Virus record (IMG/VR): IMGVR_UViG_3300036884_000126
Span: 1-55,580 of that record
Source: a virus
Taxonomy: Duplodnaviria; Caudoviricetes
Direction: 5' to 3' (one strand)
Length of the DNA stretch: 55,580 nucleotides
The notes under the pieces are model-generated. The model had not been told where the DNA came from. It did not search any database and saw nothing but the letters and a program-made list of their open reading frames with translations. This document shows, in pieces, positions 24,942 to 34,013 of the stretch; within the stretch, counting starts at the first letter, position 1; the number at the start of each line of letters is the position of its first letter. The translations under genes were made by a program, and so were the position numbers.

Positions 24942-27281
24942 ATGCGCTCGCCTGTGGCCGAGGTTTGCGAGAACGTCGCCCGCATCCTCCAGCCCGGCAA
25001 GCTGGGCGGTGGCATCAACCTGAAGGAGCCGGCGTTCGAAAAGCAGCGGCAGTTCATCGAAGCTACAAACAAGCGTGTCATCGTACGGGCCGGTCGGCGG
25101 GGGGGGAAGACGATCGCGGCTTCAATTCGCGCGGTGCGTGCCTTCCTGTCGGGTCATCGCGTGTTGTATGCGGCGCCAGTCATCGAGCAGATCAACCGCT
25201 TCTGGACGGAAGTCTGCCGGGCGCTTCAGGAGCCGATTGACGCCGGCATCTACTACAAGAACGAAACCCGGCACATGATTGAGTTGAAGGGCACGGAGCA
25301 GGCGATTACCGGCAAGACCGCATGGGATGCTGATTCACTTCGCGGCGACTTCGGGGATCTATTGATCTTGGATGAGTGGCAGTTGATGAACGAAGATGCG
25401 TGGGGCCGGGTTGGGGCGCCGATGCTGCTAGACAACAATGGCGACGCGATGTTCATCTACACGCCGCCGTCGATTCATTCGCGATCGGTGACGAAGGCCG
25501 AAGACCCGCGCCACGCTTCGAAGATGTTCAAGCGGGCTGAGGAGCAAATGGCGGCCGCCGCAGCCGCGGGGAAGGAGAGCCGCTGGCTGGCCATCAGTTG
25601 GCCATCGGATGACAACCCCACGATCTCGGAAACTGCGCTCGCCGAGATCACGCAGGACATGACGGCCCTGTCGTACCGGCAGGAAATCATGGCCGAGGAC
25701 ACCACGGAAGTTCCGGGAGCGCTTTGGAGCCAAGCGTTGATCGACGGCACCCGGGTAGACAAGGCTCCCGCTCTCGTCCGCATCGTCGTGGGGATTGACC
25801 CGAGCGGCAGCTCGACGACCGAGGCGGGAATTGTTGCGGCCGGCATCGACGCCCAGGGGCACGGCTATGTGCTGCGTGACGCTTCACTGCTCGCACCTTC
25901 TCCCGAGCGGTGGGCGGCGGCCGGCATTGAGGCGTATGCAGCGCTGCGGGCGGACCGGATCGTGGCTGAGCGCAATTATGGCGGCGATATGGTCAAATCG
26001 ACGATTCACGCCGTCGATGAGAAAGTCTCTTACCATGATGTGGTCTCGACCCGGGGGAAGATGGTGCGTGCGGAGCCGATCTGCGCCTTCTATGAAAAGG
26101 GAATGATTCATCACGTCGGCGAATTCCCGGAGCTGGAAGACGAGATGTGTTTGTCTGCGGGGACATTGGTCGCGACACTCCGAGGAGATGTTCCAATAGA
26201 ACAAATCAAGACTGGAGATTTTGCTCTTACTCGTCGCGGATTTAGGCCGGTTCTTTGGACTGGATGCACTGGAAGCAAAAATACGCTGACGGTTCAGACA
26301 GTCATCGGGGATATAAGCTGTACCGGTTCTCATCCTCTTGCTATAATCCAGGAGAATTTGAGCTGGAAAAAAGCTCGAGATGCCCGGCCAGGAGATCGGA
26401 TCTTATGCCGCGGAAAGCTATCAGGGAGTGCGTCGAGTTTCGGGGAGAGAAATACTATCGGGCAAGCGATGGCTATTTCAAAACGTCCCATTCTCGCGGC
26501 TGTCGGCTCCTTCATCGCGATGTCTATGAGGCTCATTACGGAGCGATTCCGGCCGCCCATCACATCCATCATGGCGATTGGGATCGATCAAATAATGATC
26601 CCGCAAACCTATTCGCCAAGTCTACAAGGGAGCATAAGCGGATTCACGGACCAAGCGGTGCTTGGGTGGAGCCTCCTGCCGAAAAAAGCCCAAAGAGAAA
26701 AGAAGAATGGAGCCGGAGAGCGCCGCATACGGAAGTTTGCCCTGAATGCAGACGACCATTCGAGACGCGGGGCAACAGGACCATCTTTTGTTCCAGAAAA
26801 TGTCGGGACATCCGTTATCACCGCGATCACCCCGAATGGTATCGCTGAACCTGTGTACAATCTACATGTTGCTGACTCTCCCGAGTTCTTCGCAAACGGA
26901 CTTCTAGTTCACAATTGCTCCTATGTGCCAGGTGCGAAGAGTCCCAATCGAATGGATGCGCTGGTCTTTGCGATGACGGACTTGATGCTTGAGAGCCAGG
27001 CGCTCGGCCTGATAGATTTCCTGAAGGATGGCGGAGCGCAAAAAGTGTTGGACACCATGAACAAGACGGCGCGGGCTACAACGCTTGTGAAGCCGATGAT
27101 CCCGGAGCAAGCACCGACCTGCCCGGAGTGCGGGGCCGTGACCGTGATTCGGGCGGCGGGCGGGAGTTTACACTGCAATCAATGCGGCATCACATGGGCA
27201 GACAAGCAGACGAAGCCCACGGACGGGCACGGCATGACGCGGGGGGAATACCTGATGAAGGCGGATGAGAGGCGCCGATGA
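24942..27281 (+). CDS. terL: Terminase large subunit with an intein and a C-terminal Zn ribbon
   Basis: Walker A AGRRGGKT; LRG...LILDE; YRQEIMAE; nuclease IVVGIDP, ERNYGG, SPNRMDALV. Confidence 0.93.
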   Translation: MRSPVAEVCENVARILQPGKLGGGINLKEPAFEKQRQFIEATNKRVIVRAGRRGGKTIAASIRAVRAFLSGHRVLYAAPVIEQINRFWTEVCRALQEPIDAGIYYKNETRHMIELKGTEQAITGKTAWDADSLRGDFGDLLILDEWQLMNEDAWGRVGAPMLLDNNGDAMFIYTPPSIHSRSVTKAEDPRHASKMFKRAEEQMAAAAAAGKESRWLAISWPSDDNPTISETALAEITQDMTALSYRQEIMAEDTTEVPGALWSQALIDGTRVDKAPALVRIVVGIDPSGSSTTEAGIVAAGIDAQGHGYVLRDASLLAPSPERWAAAGIEAYAALRADRIVAERNYGGDMVKSTIHAVDEKVSYHDVVSTRGKMVRAEPICAFYEKGMIHHVGEFPELEDEMCLSAGTLVATLRGDVPIEQIKTGDFALTRRGFRPVLWTGCTGSKNTLTVQTVIGDISCTGSHPLAIIQENLSWKKARDARPGDRILCRGKLSGSASSFGERNTIGQAMAISKRPILAAVGSFIAMSMRLITERFRPPITSIMAIGIDQIMIPQTYSPSLQGSISGFTDQAVLGWSLLPKKAQREKKNGAGERRIRKFALNADDHSRRGATGPSFVPENVGTSVITAITPNGIAEPVYNLHVADSPEFFANGLLVHNCSYVPGAKSPNRMDALVFAMTDLMLESQALGLIDFLKDGGAQKVLDTMNKTARATTLVKPMIPEQAPTCPECGAVTVIRAAGGSLHCNQCGITWADKQTKPTDGHGMTRGEYLMKADERRR
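26339..26394 (+). promoter_or_regulatory. Extended -10 promoter and SD for the intein-nested HNH gene
   Basis: TGcTATAAT at 26339-26347; AGGAG at 26390-26394, 10 nt before ATG 26405. Confidence 0.6.
26405..26848 (+). CDS. HNH homing endonuclease overprinted in an alternative frame inside the terminase intein
   Basis: GYF...LLHRDVYEAHYGAIPAAHHIHHGDWDRSNNDPANL....REHKRIH plus C-terminal CPEC...FCSRKC Zn finger. Confidence 0.9.
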   Translation: MPRKAIRECVEFRGEKYYRASDGYFKTSHSRGCRLLHRDVYEAHYGAIPAAHHIHHGDWDRSNNDPANLFAKSTREHKRIHGPSGAWVEPPAEKSPKRKEEWSRRAPHTEVCPECRRPFETRGNRTIFCSRKCRDIRYHRDHPEWYR

Positions 27282-27557
27282 GCGAGCCGACGCAATGGGT
27301 CTGGGTTGTCAGGTATGAAAACTACGATCCGGCTGAAGTCGATTCGATTTGGACGACTGAAGCTGGCGCGAAGACACGGCAAGCTGAATTGGATGGAGAC
27401 TGGCGAGTTGAACAATGGGAGCTAAAGGTATGAATCGGCGATCCTTTCTGGAAGCCTTTATGATGGGCGTGGCGGGGCTTCTGCGCAAATCGGGGTATTT
27501 CACCGTACGCCGGAGCTCGTTTGCGGTTCTTAGTACTATCCGGGCAAGGAGGAAGCG

Positions 27558-27899
27558 ATGATCTTCTATTGGCTGAAGCAATTACTGCGCGCGTTGGCGC
27601 GGCTCATCATACCGCCGACGCCGCTGGCGCTGGCGAGAATTGAAGTGAACGCGCGCTGCCCCGTCTGCGCGTATCGGCGCGGGCGGCTGCGTACGGTCGA
27701 GGTTGACGCCTCGAAGACCGACAAGCCGCTGAACGCCACCCTTTGCCAACACACCTGCCTAGTATGCGGCGCCCGGTGGTTCGAGCCGCCCATCGTGAAG
27801 GTTGACCCAGGCTTCGTTGCCCCTGCGATTGCCCGGAACGCGTTGGAAGAGAAAGAAGATCTGGCTCGGCGGTTAGCTTCAGTGCCACGGGCGACGTGA
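27558..27899 (+). CDS. Zn-ribbon hypothetical protein
   Basis: AGGAGG SD; CPVC...CLVCG. Confidence 0.6.
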   Translation: MIFYWLKQLLRALARLIIPPTPLALARIEVNARCPVCAYRRGRLRTVEVDASKTDKPLNATLCQHTCLVCGARWFEPPIVKVDPGFVAPAIARNALEEKEDLARRLASVPRAT

Positions 27900-27911
27900 G
27901 GATTTTGGATC

Positions 27912-28100
27912 ATGCTAAATGCCTGGGCGCACAAGATGCTCGATGAGCTCGGCCCGACCTTCTATGGTGAGATCACCTTCACGGTGCGCGCCGGGGAGGT
28001 TCGGAAGGTGGCCAAAGTTGAAACGCATGTTGCGCCTGACATCAAGGGTCAGCGCATGGATAATCTGGTGAACGTGAAACCGAAGGGAGACAAACAGTGA
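27912..28100 (+). CDS. Hypothetical protein
   Basis: FYGEITFTVRAGEV motif; GAGG SD. Confidence 0.55.
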   Translation: MLNAWAHKMLDELGPTFYGEITFTVRAGEVRKVAKVETHVAPDIKGQRMDNLVNVKPKGDKQ

Positions 28101-28375
28101 AAGAACAATTGAAGCTGCTCGGTCTTCAGGTACGCGACATGACGACGGGCTTCGTCGGCATCGTGACCTGCGTTGCTTTCGATTTGTATGGCTGCATTCA
28201 GGCAGTCGTGCAGCCTGCCGTCAGCAAGGAAGGGAAAATCGAGGCCGGGAGATATTTCGATACCAAGAGGCTCCTGGTTCTCTGCGAAAAGCCCGTGATG
28301 CCGGTGCCAAACTTCGACATCGTTCCGGGAGGCGAACAACATCACTTGCCGCCATCACGGCCCGAATTGCGCTGA
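28097..28375 (+). CDS. Hypothetical phage protein
   Basis: LG..VRD..TGF.G.VT...DLYGC.Q..VQP...FD..RL motif. Confidence 0.7.
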   Translation: MKEQLKLLGLQVRDMTTGFVGIVTCVAFDLYGCIQAVVQPAVSKEGKIEAGRYFDTKRLLVLCEKPVMPVPNFDIVPGGEQHHLPPSRPELR

Positions 28376-28390
28376 GTCTCAAATAAACCC

Positions 28391-28420
28391 TTGACAGTGG
28401 GACAGATACAAGCGCATGTT
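28391..28420 (+). promoter_or_regulatory. Putative promoter upstream of the head genes
   Basis: Perfect TTGACA at 28391-28396 after an A-rich tract; weak -10 (CATGTT) 18 nt downstream. Confidence 0.4.
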
Positions 28421-28492
28421 GAAGGCTGACTGATTCCGTTCTCGGCCCTTTCCCAGGGACAGAACGCTGGAGTGCTGAAGCGCAGGACCAAT

Positions 28493-28533
28493 AGGCCCGC
28501 TCGGCTGCAAGGCTGGGCGGGCCTTTTGGTTTT
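28493..28533 (+). terminator. Intrinsic terminator-like hairpin immediately before the portal start
   Basis: AGGCCCGCTCGGCT-GCAA-GGCTGGGCGGGCCT followed by TTTGGTTTT. Confidence 0.65.
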
Positions 28534-28534
28534 G

Positions 28535-31500
28535 ATGGCCAACAGTACCTCGCTCGCAATTCGACCGCTCGGCCAGCTCGTAGCATCACTATCCCGCTAC
28601 GGCCAACAACTCTATCAACCTCCGAAAGATACGATCCGCGGCGTCGAGCCCGATACGTGGTATTCCCCCCTGCAACCCGTCAAGCCGATTGGGCCGCCTG
28701 GTATCGAGCCGCGCGGCTTTCAGTATTATGCAGGGCAAAACCTGTTCTGGACTCCTCGCGCGGACGCGGAGTATTGCCTGTCACCAGAGACGCGTGTATT
28801 AAAGGCTGACCTGTCTTGGATCGCCGTTTCCGAGTTACGCGTTGGAGACGCGCTAGTTGGATTTGAAGAAGAGAGTACTGGTGGTCATCCCAGGAGTTAT
28901 AAAAAATCCATCGTTACATCCATAGGTATCGCTAATCTTCCATGTCACGATTTGATATTCGAGGATGGCTCAAGGGTGCGCGCATCGGATAAGCACTTGT
29001 GGCTGGCTAAAAGACAACAGGCTTCCAAGTTGGAGTGGATCGCCACAAAGGATCTTAGTCCGGTCAAGAAAAATGACAGTTTTATACGCGTGCTTAAGCC
29101 CTTGGAACCTTGGCGATTTGATGACAGTAGGGATGCCGGATACTTGGCTGCCGCTTTTGACGGAGAAGGGCATCTGCGAAAAAACATTCGCATGGGATTC
29201 GCTCAGAAATCGAATGCCATGCTGAACGCCGTGATTGGATTTCTAGGAGATAGGAATTTCAATTCCACTGTCAAGCGGCGATCCCTGTGGGACGTGACCG
29301 AACTCGAAATCCTTGGAAGAGAAGAAGTTCTTCGGTTTTTGGGTTCCATTCGGCCCTTGCGCCTTTTGAGCAAATTCGATCCCGACAACCTCGGCGAATT
29401 GCGTTCAAGAAACAGCGTAGCGATACGGTTGAAGACTCCTGTTGGCAATCAACGGGTAATTACGATTGGAACAAGCACCAAAACATTAATTGCGGAAGGG
29501 TTCGCTTCACACAATTCAGCCGCGGACCTCAAGCAACTGGCGACATATCCCCTCGCCCGCATCGCCATCGAGAACGTCAAGGATTCGATGTGCATGGCGA
29601 ACTGGAAAATTCAACCCAAGCCGGCGCCCGGAGAGAGCCCTAAGGCGGCGATGAAGCGAGGGATTGGCGACAAGAACCTGGTGAAGCTCAACCGATTGTT
29701 CGAGATGCCCGACCGCGAGCATACCTGGCCGGAATGGTTGCGTCCGCTTTTGGAAGATATGCTGGTGATCGACGCCTGGACGATTCTCATCCGCAAGACG
29801 TTCTCGGGAGAGGTTGTGGAGTTGCCGGTCCTCCGGGGTGATAGCATCGTCCGTTACATCGACGAGAACGGGTGGACGCCGATGGCGCCCGAGCCGGCCT
29901 ACGCGCAACTCTGGTGGGGTCTCCCTCTCGTCAACCTTTCCACCGATCAGCTTATTTACAAGCCCCGCAACATCGTCCCGCGCAACACGATCTCCTCCCA
30001 ACTCTACGGCATGAGCCCGACCGAAGAGCTTGCTCGAGAGATCCAGATTGGCATGAAGCGGCTGGAGTTCACGCTGGCCTATTATACGGAAGGTTCAATC
30101 CCCGGCGTCGTGCAAGTCGTGCCGAAAGGCATCCCCGTGGAGAAGATCGCCGAGGCCATGCAGTGGATGAACTCTGAGCTTGCCGGGAATCTGGCGAAGC
30201 GGCGCCAGTGGCAACTTATCCAGGGATGGAAGGATGATGGCAAGGATGAGCAGATCATCTTCTCGAAGGAGCAATTACTGGCCGACCCCTTCGATGAACT
30301 GCATATCCGCAAGGTCGCCTACGGCTACGGGATCTCTCCGCAGCGCCTGGCTCGCCAGATGAATCGAGCTTCAGCCGAAGCATCCCAGGAAGCCTCTGAG
30401 GTTGAGGGGTTGATGCCCTACTTCTCCTCGCTCAAAAGCCTCATCGACTTCATCGTCCAGCGCAAGATGGGCTATGCCGACTACGAGATGATGTTGGAGC
30501 CGCTGGTTGAGCCAGATCAAGTTAAGCAATCCCAGGTGCTTACGGCCTACGTCAAGGAGGCCATCATCACCCGGGAAGAGGCGCGCGAGAAGCTTGGTGA
30601 GGAGCCATCGGGAGTGCCTGAAGCTGGCCAGCTAATGGTGACAACCGGGCAGGGCGCGGTGCCCCTGGGCGCGACCACGCAGCCGGCCGCCAAGCCGGGA
30701 GAGGAAGGAGCAGCCGATGGAATTCCTGATAAAGGAAAGGGTGGAGCGGGAGCATCGGGAAGCGATGAAGAGCTTGACGCCGATGGAAACCTCGTCGTTG
30801 CTGACGGTCGCGGCAAGCCCCGCAAGCCTGCCAGCACCAACAAGCCCAACGGGGGCGCGGCGGCGAAAGCGAAAACGCAGAACCGGCCTATTGGGTTCGC
30901 GGCTGGAACCGTGATCGTCGAGCTGGAACCTCCGCAGTATGGAGTTCTTGAAATTCACGAGGAGGCCCTGGTTAAGGCAAAGCCACGGGCGAAGGATCCG
31001 CCCGTCATCCATCCGGGCCGGATGGCGCCGGCGTCGATCCTTGGAAAACACAAGCTGGAGCGAGACCTCACGAAAATCTTCCGCACCATGCACCGGAAGA
31101 CGACAAAAGTCATGGCTGCGGCCCTGGGCCTTGCGCACGGGCATTTGGCAAAGGCCGAGCCGGACGCCGATATGACCCTGCGGCAGGCCATGGACAGTCT
31201 TGCCGCCGAGTGGGAAACGATTGCCCGGTTGGCAAGGAAGCCCCTCACGGATGCAGCCCTGGCAGGTGCTTCCAAGGGCAGTCTCGAACTGGAGATTTCA
31301 GCCGAGGACATGCTGACCGGCATCAATGAGACGGCGCGTGACTGGGCTTCAAACCGGGCGGCCGAGTTGGTGGGGATGCTGCGCACGCCCGAGGGCGAGC
31401 TCATCGCGAACCCGAACGCGAAATGGGCCATCAGCGACACGACGCGCGAAAAGCTGCGCTCCGTTATTGCGGACGTGTTCGGGCAAGAGGGCAAGATCAC

Positions 31501-31795
31501 GCTACGCGACGTGGAGAACCGGATCGAGCAATCGGGAGTTTTCTCAGACGTGAGGGCTTCGACGATCGCACGAAACGAGATTGCCCGGGCGCAGACTCAG
31601 GGGAACTTGATGTCCTGGCAGGAATCAGGGCTGGTGCAGAAGGTCGCATGGAAAACATCGGACGATCACGACCAAAGCGATATTTGCGATGAGCTGGAGA
31701 AAGACGGTCCGTACGACGTCGACGACGTGCCGGACCTGCCGGCCCACCCGAACTGCTTGTGCGCCCTGATTTTAACGGAGGCTGAGGAGCAATAA
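28535..31795 (+). CDS. Portal protein fused to a Mu gpF-like head morphogenesis domain, with an intein
   Basis: LEDMLVIDA, YGMSPTE, ITREEAREKLG portal features; C-terminal RASTIARNE...W....D..C...PAHPNCLC. Confidence 0.88.
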   Translation: MANSTSLAIRPLGQLVASLSRYGQQLYQPPKDTIRGVEPDTWYSPLQPVKPIGPPGIEPRGFQYYAGQNLFWTPRADAEYCLSPETRVLKADLSWIAVSELRVGDALVGFEEESTGGHPRSYKKSIVTSIGIANLPCHDLIFEDGSRVRASDKHLWLAKRQQASKLEWIATKDLSPVKKNDSFIRVLKPLEPWRFDDSRDAGYLAAAFDGEGHLRKNIRMGFAQKSNAMLNAVIGFLGDRNFNSTVKRRSLWDVTELEILGREEVLRFLGSIRPLRLLSKFDPDNLGELRSRNSVAIRLKTPVGNQRVITIGTSTKTLIAEGFASHNSAADLKQLATYPLARIAIENVKDSMCMANWKIQPKPAPGESPKAAMKRGIGDKNLVKLNRLFEMPDREHTWPEWLRPLLEDMLVIDAWTILIRKTFSGEVVELPVLRGDSIVRYIDENGWTPMAPEPAYAQLWWGLPLVNLSTDQLIYKPRNIVPRNTISSQLYGMSPTEELAREIQIGMKRLEFTLAYYTEGSIPGVVQVVPKGIPVEKIAEAMQWMNSELAGNLAKRRQWQLIQGWKDDGKDEQIIFSKEQLLADPFDELHIRKVAYGYGISPQRLARQMNRASAEASQEASEVEGLMPYFSSLKSLIDFIVQRKMGYADYEMMLEPLVEPDQVKQSQVLTAYVKEAIITREEAREKLGEEPSGVPEAGQLMVTTGQGAVPLGATTQPAAKPGEEGAADGIPDKGKGGAGASGSDEELDADGNLVVADGRGKPRKPASTNKPNGGAAAKAKTQNRPIGFAAGTVIVELEPPQYGVLEIHEEALVKAKPRAKDPPVIHPGRMAPASILGKHKLERDLTKIFRTMHRKTTKVMAAALGLAHGHLAKAEPDADMTLRQAMDSLAAEWETIARLARKPLTDAALAGASKGSLELEISAEDMLTGINETARDWASNRAAELVGMLRTPEGELIANPNAKWAISDTTREKLRSVIADVFGQEGKITLRDVENRIEQSGVFSDVRASTIARNEIARAQTQGNLMSWQESGLVQKVAWKTSDDHDQSDICDELEKDGPYDVDDVPDLPAHPNCLCALILTEAEEQ
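28775..29515 (+). mobile_element. Intein (247 aa) in the portal with an in-frame LAGLIDADG motif
   Basis: AEY|CLSPETRVL, ASDKHLWL, YLAAAFDGEG, TLIAEGFASHN|S. Confidence 0.92.
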
Positions 31796-33207
31796 TGCCT
31801 TACGGGTCAGTCAAGGAAGTTCCGGATTACGTGCCGAAGGCCAAGCGCAAGCAATGGCTCGAAGTTTTCAACAGCGCCTATGCAGCGGCGCTTAAGGACG
31901 GCAAAGGAGCGAAGGAGGCGGAAGGGTCGGCCTTTGCTCAAGCGAATGCCGTCGCGGGCCCGAACGCAAAGACAGACAAGGAGACGACCATGAAATCCTT
32001 TTCTAAGTTCATCCCGTTCGCCAAGGTGGACGCGGCGCGCCGCGAGGTATGGGGGATCGTGACGGCCGAAGTGCCGGACAAGGACGATGAGGTCTGTGAT
32101 TATCTCCTCTCGAAACCCTACTACCAGGCCGTCATCGATGAGATGGGCAAGGCGACGGCCGGGGAGAACTATTTTCCCCTGCGCTACATGCACCAGCTTG
32201 AGGCGGTGGGGAAGTGCATCGGCTTCGAGTTCCGCGATGCCGACAAGGAAATCTTCATGGGTTTCAAGGTCGTGGACGACCAGGCATGGCAGAAGGTCGA
32301 GGAGCGGGTGCTCACGGGATTCTCGCACGGCGGCAAGATCGTTGGGATGCACCCCGACCCGAAGTTCGAAGGCTGCAAGCGGTACATTGCAGATCCGTCG
32401 GAAATCTCTCTGGTCGACAACCCCTGTTTGGCGAATGCCCACTTCACGCACATCAAGGCGGACGGCACGGTCGAGCTGTGCAAGTTCCTGCGCGTCGAGT
32501 CCCCTGTGCCAGAAATCACCTTCGCGGCCCTGAGCGAGCAAGTGGAATTGCTGAAGACCCAGATCATCAGCTTGACATCCACCGCGTCGACGGCGTTGGC
32601 CAAGGCCAGGACGAAGCGTGTGGCGGGGGAAGACCTGCCAGCCTCGGCCTTTCTCATCGTGCTCGATCCAGATAAGACCGAGACCTGGAACCTGCCGGTG
32701 AAATTCTCGACCGAGGCCAAATCCAAGAGCCACATCCGAAATGCGCTGGCCCGACTCAATCAGCTTAAGGGCGTGCCCCAGGCGGCGAAGGATGCGGCCT
32801 GGAAAAAGCTGGTGGCCCTGGCCGGCAAGTACGGCATCGACGTGGCCGCGGAGAAGACGAAGCTCGCGGCGATCCAGGCATGGATGCGCAAAGCCGTTCG
32901 GATCCACGTCAACCGGATCGAGCGCACCGTCAAAGGCGGCAACGTCGGTTATGCGCTCGCAACGCTCGACAACGATCTTGGGCGGCTCGCGAAGGGCTTC
33001 ATGCAAGTTTCGCAACTATCACAGATCGTTGAGGAGCTCGCCTATCTGGTTTACAGCACGGCGGGAGAATCCGAGATGGAGGGCGACGACTCGCCGCTGC
33101 CCGGCCTGCTCGCCGACAATGTGGACGCGATCCTCGACACGCTCTTGAGGATGGTCGAGGAAGAGTCCGAAGAGGTGCGGGCCGATCTCAGTGCTCGCGT
33201 GTCCTAA
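31795..33207 (+). CDS. Prohead protease with ChaB-like N-terminus
   Basis: MPY....VP...RKQWLEVFNSAY (ChaB-like); AKVD..RREVWG, YMH, GFSHGG, EISLVDNP protease motifs. Confidence 0.78.
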   Translation: MPYGSVKEVPDYVPKAKRKQWLEVFNSAYAAALKDGKGAKEAEGSAFAQANAVAGPNAKTDKETTMKSFSKFIPFAKVDAARREVWGIVTAEVPDKDDEVCDYLLSKPYYQAVIDEMGKATAGENYFPLRYMHQLEAVGKCIGFEFRDADKEIFMGFKVVDDQAWQKVEERVLTGFSHGGKIVGMHPDPKFEGCKRYIADPSEISLVDNPCLANAHFTHIKADGTVELCKFLRVESPVPEITFAALSEQVELLKTQIISLTSTASTALAKARTKRVAGEDLPASAFLIVLDPDKTETWNLPVKFSTEAKSKSHIRNALARLNQLKGVPQAAKDAAWKKLVALAGKYGIDVAAEKTKLAAIQAWMRKAVRIHVNRIERTVKGGNVGYALATLDNDLGRLAKGFMQVSQLSQIVEELAYLVYSTAGESEMEGDDSPLPGLLADNVDAILDTLLRMVEEESEEVRADLSARVS

Positions 33208-33268
33208 CCAAGAGCTTTCCCGGTCGCTCATTTCACTGGCCGCCGAACGCGGCAGGAGGCATAGCACA

Positions 33269-33916
33269 ATGTTTAAAACGATCGATGAACTGGCGAAGGC
33301 GTTCAGTGGCCTCGCCTCTCACTTCAAGAAGGCAGCCGCGCACCACAGAGGACTCTCGGTGGCGCACAGTAGTCTGGCGGAGCTTCACAAGGCACACCAT
33401 GAGTTCGCGAAAGCGAAGCATGAGGCCATGGATGACGGCGACGTCAACAAAGCCTACTTCGGCAAGGTCGCAGAGCTTCACAAGGGCAAAGCGGCTCATC
33501 ATGCCGGAGTGGCGGACATGCACAAGGCGCACGCGGAGCATCTCGACACGCTCGGAGACAGCGTGGGCGAGGAGAAGGTCGCGGCCGCGAAGGCGGCGGC
33601 AACTGATCCGGTTGTGAAGGCGGCGGACCCCGTTGCTGGCGCTCCCGGCAGCGTCGAGGACATGGTGAAATCGACGACCACGGGGCTCGTTCACTCGGCG
33701 CTCGAAATGCTCAAGACCGACCCGGCCGTTCAGGACGAGATTCGCAAGATGGTCCTGTCTGGCGTGCGCTCGGCGCTGGGCGACAAGATCGTGCCCGACG
33801 CGGTGCGCGGCATCCTGCCGACGCCGCCCGGCTTGCAACTTATTCCGCGCCCGGGCGGGGCTGAGATCCCTACCACGGGAGTCGACCCCAAGCTGCAGAA
33901 GTTCGTCCAGGTGTAG
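33269..33916 (+). CDS. His-rich putative scaffold protein
   Basis: AGGAGG SD; position between protease and capsid; periodic His in an Ala/Lys helix. Confidence 0.55.
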   Translation: MFKTIDELAKAFSGLASHFKKAAAHHRGLSVAHSSLAELHKAHHEFAKAKHEAMDDGDVNKAYFGKVAELHKGKAAHHAGVADMHKAHAEHLDTLGDSVGEEKVAAAKAAATDPVVKAADPVAGAPGSVEDMVKSTTTGLVHSALEMLKTDPAVQDEIRKMVLSGVRSALGDKIVPDAVRGILPTPPGLQLIPRPGGAEIPTTGVDPKLQKFVQV

Positions 33917-34013
33917 CAGCCCTGGAATCGAGATTGCGCGAGTCGTCTCCGGTCAGCGGCTCGGAACATAAACACCCGGTTGCTCGTCAAATTCAGATCG
34001 GAGAGAGGCGCAC

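Larger units (their letters stand above)
26148..26915 (+). mobile_element. Intein (256 aa) in the terminase nuclease domain
   Basis: EDEM|CLSAGTLV (block A), CTGSHP (block B TxxH), VYNLHV...FFANGLLVHN|C (blocks F/G, +1 Cys). Confidence 0.93.

Noticed and set aside
26255-26404. Longer 197-aa version of the intein-nested HNH ORF
   Set aside because: The first 50 codons overlap the splicing domain and start upstream of the putative promoter; ATG 26405 has a good SD
31807-33015. 402-aa minus-strand ORF opposite the protease (similarly 6352-7599, 34683-35636, 41020-42192, 43251-44303)
   Set aside because: Antisense shadows of well-supported + strand genes with no recognisable domains, unlike the two nested HNH ORFs
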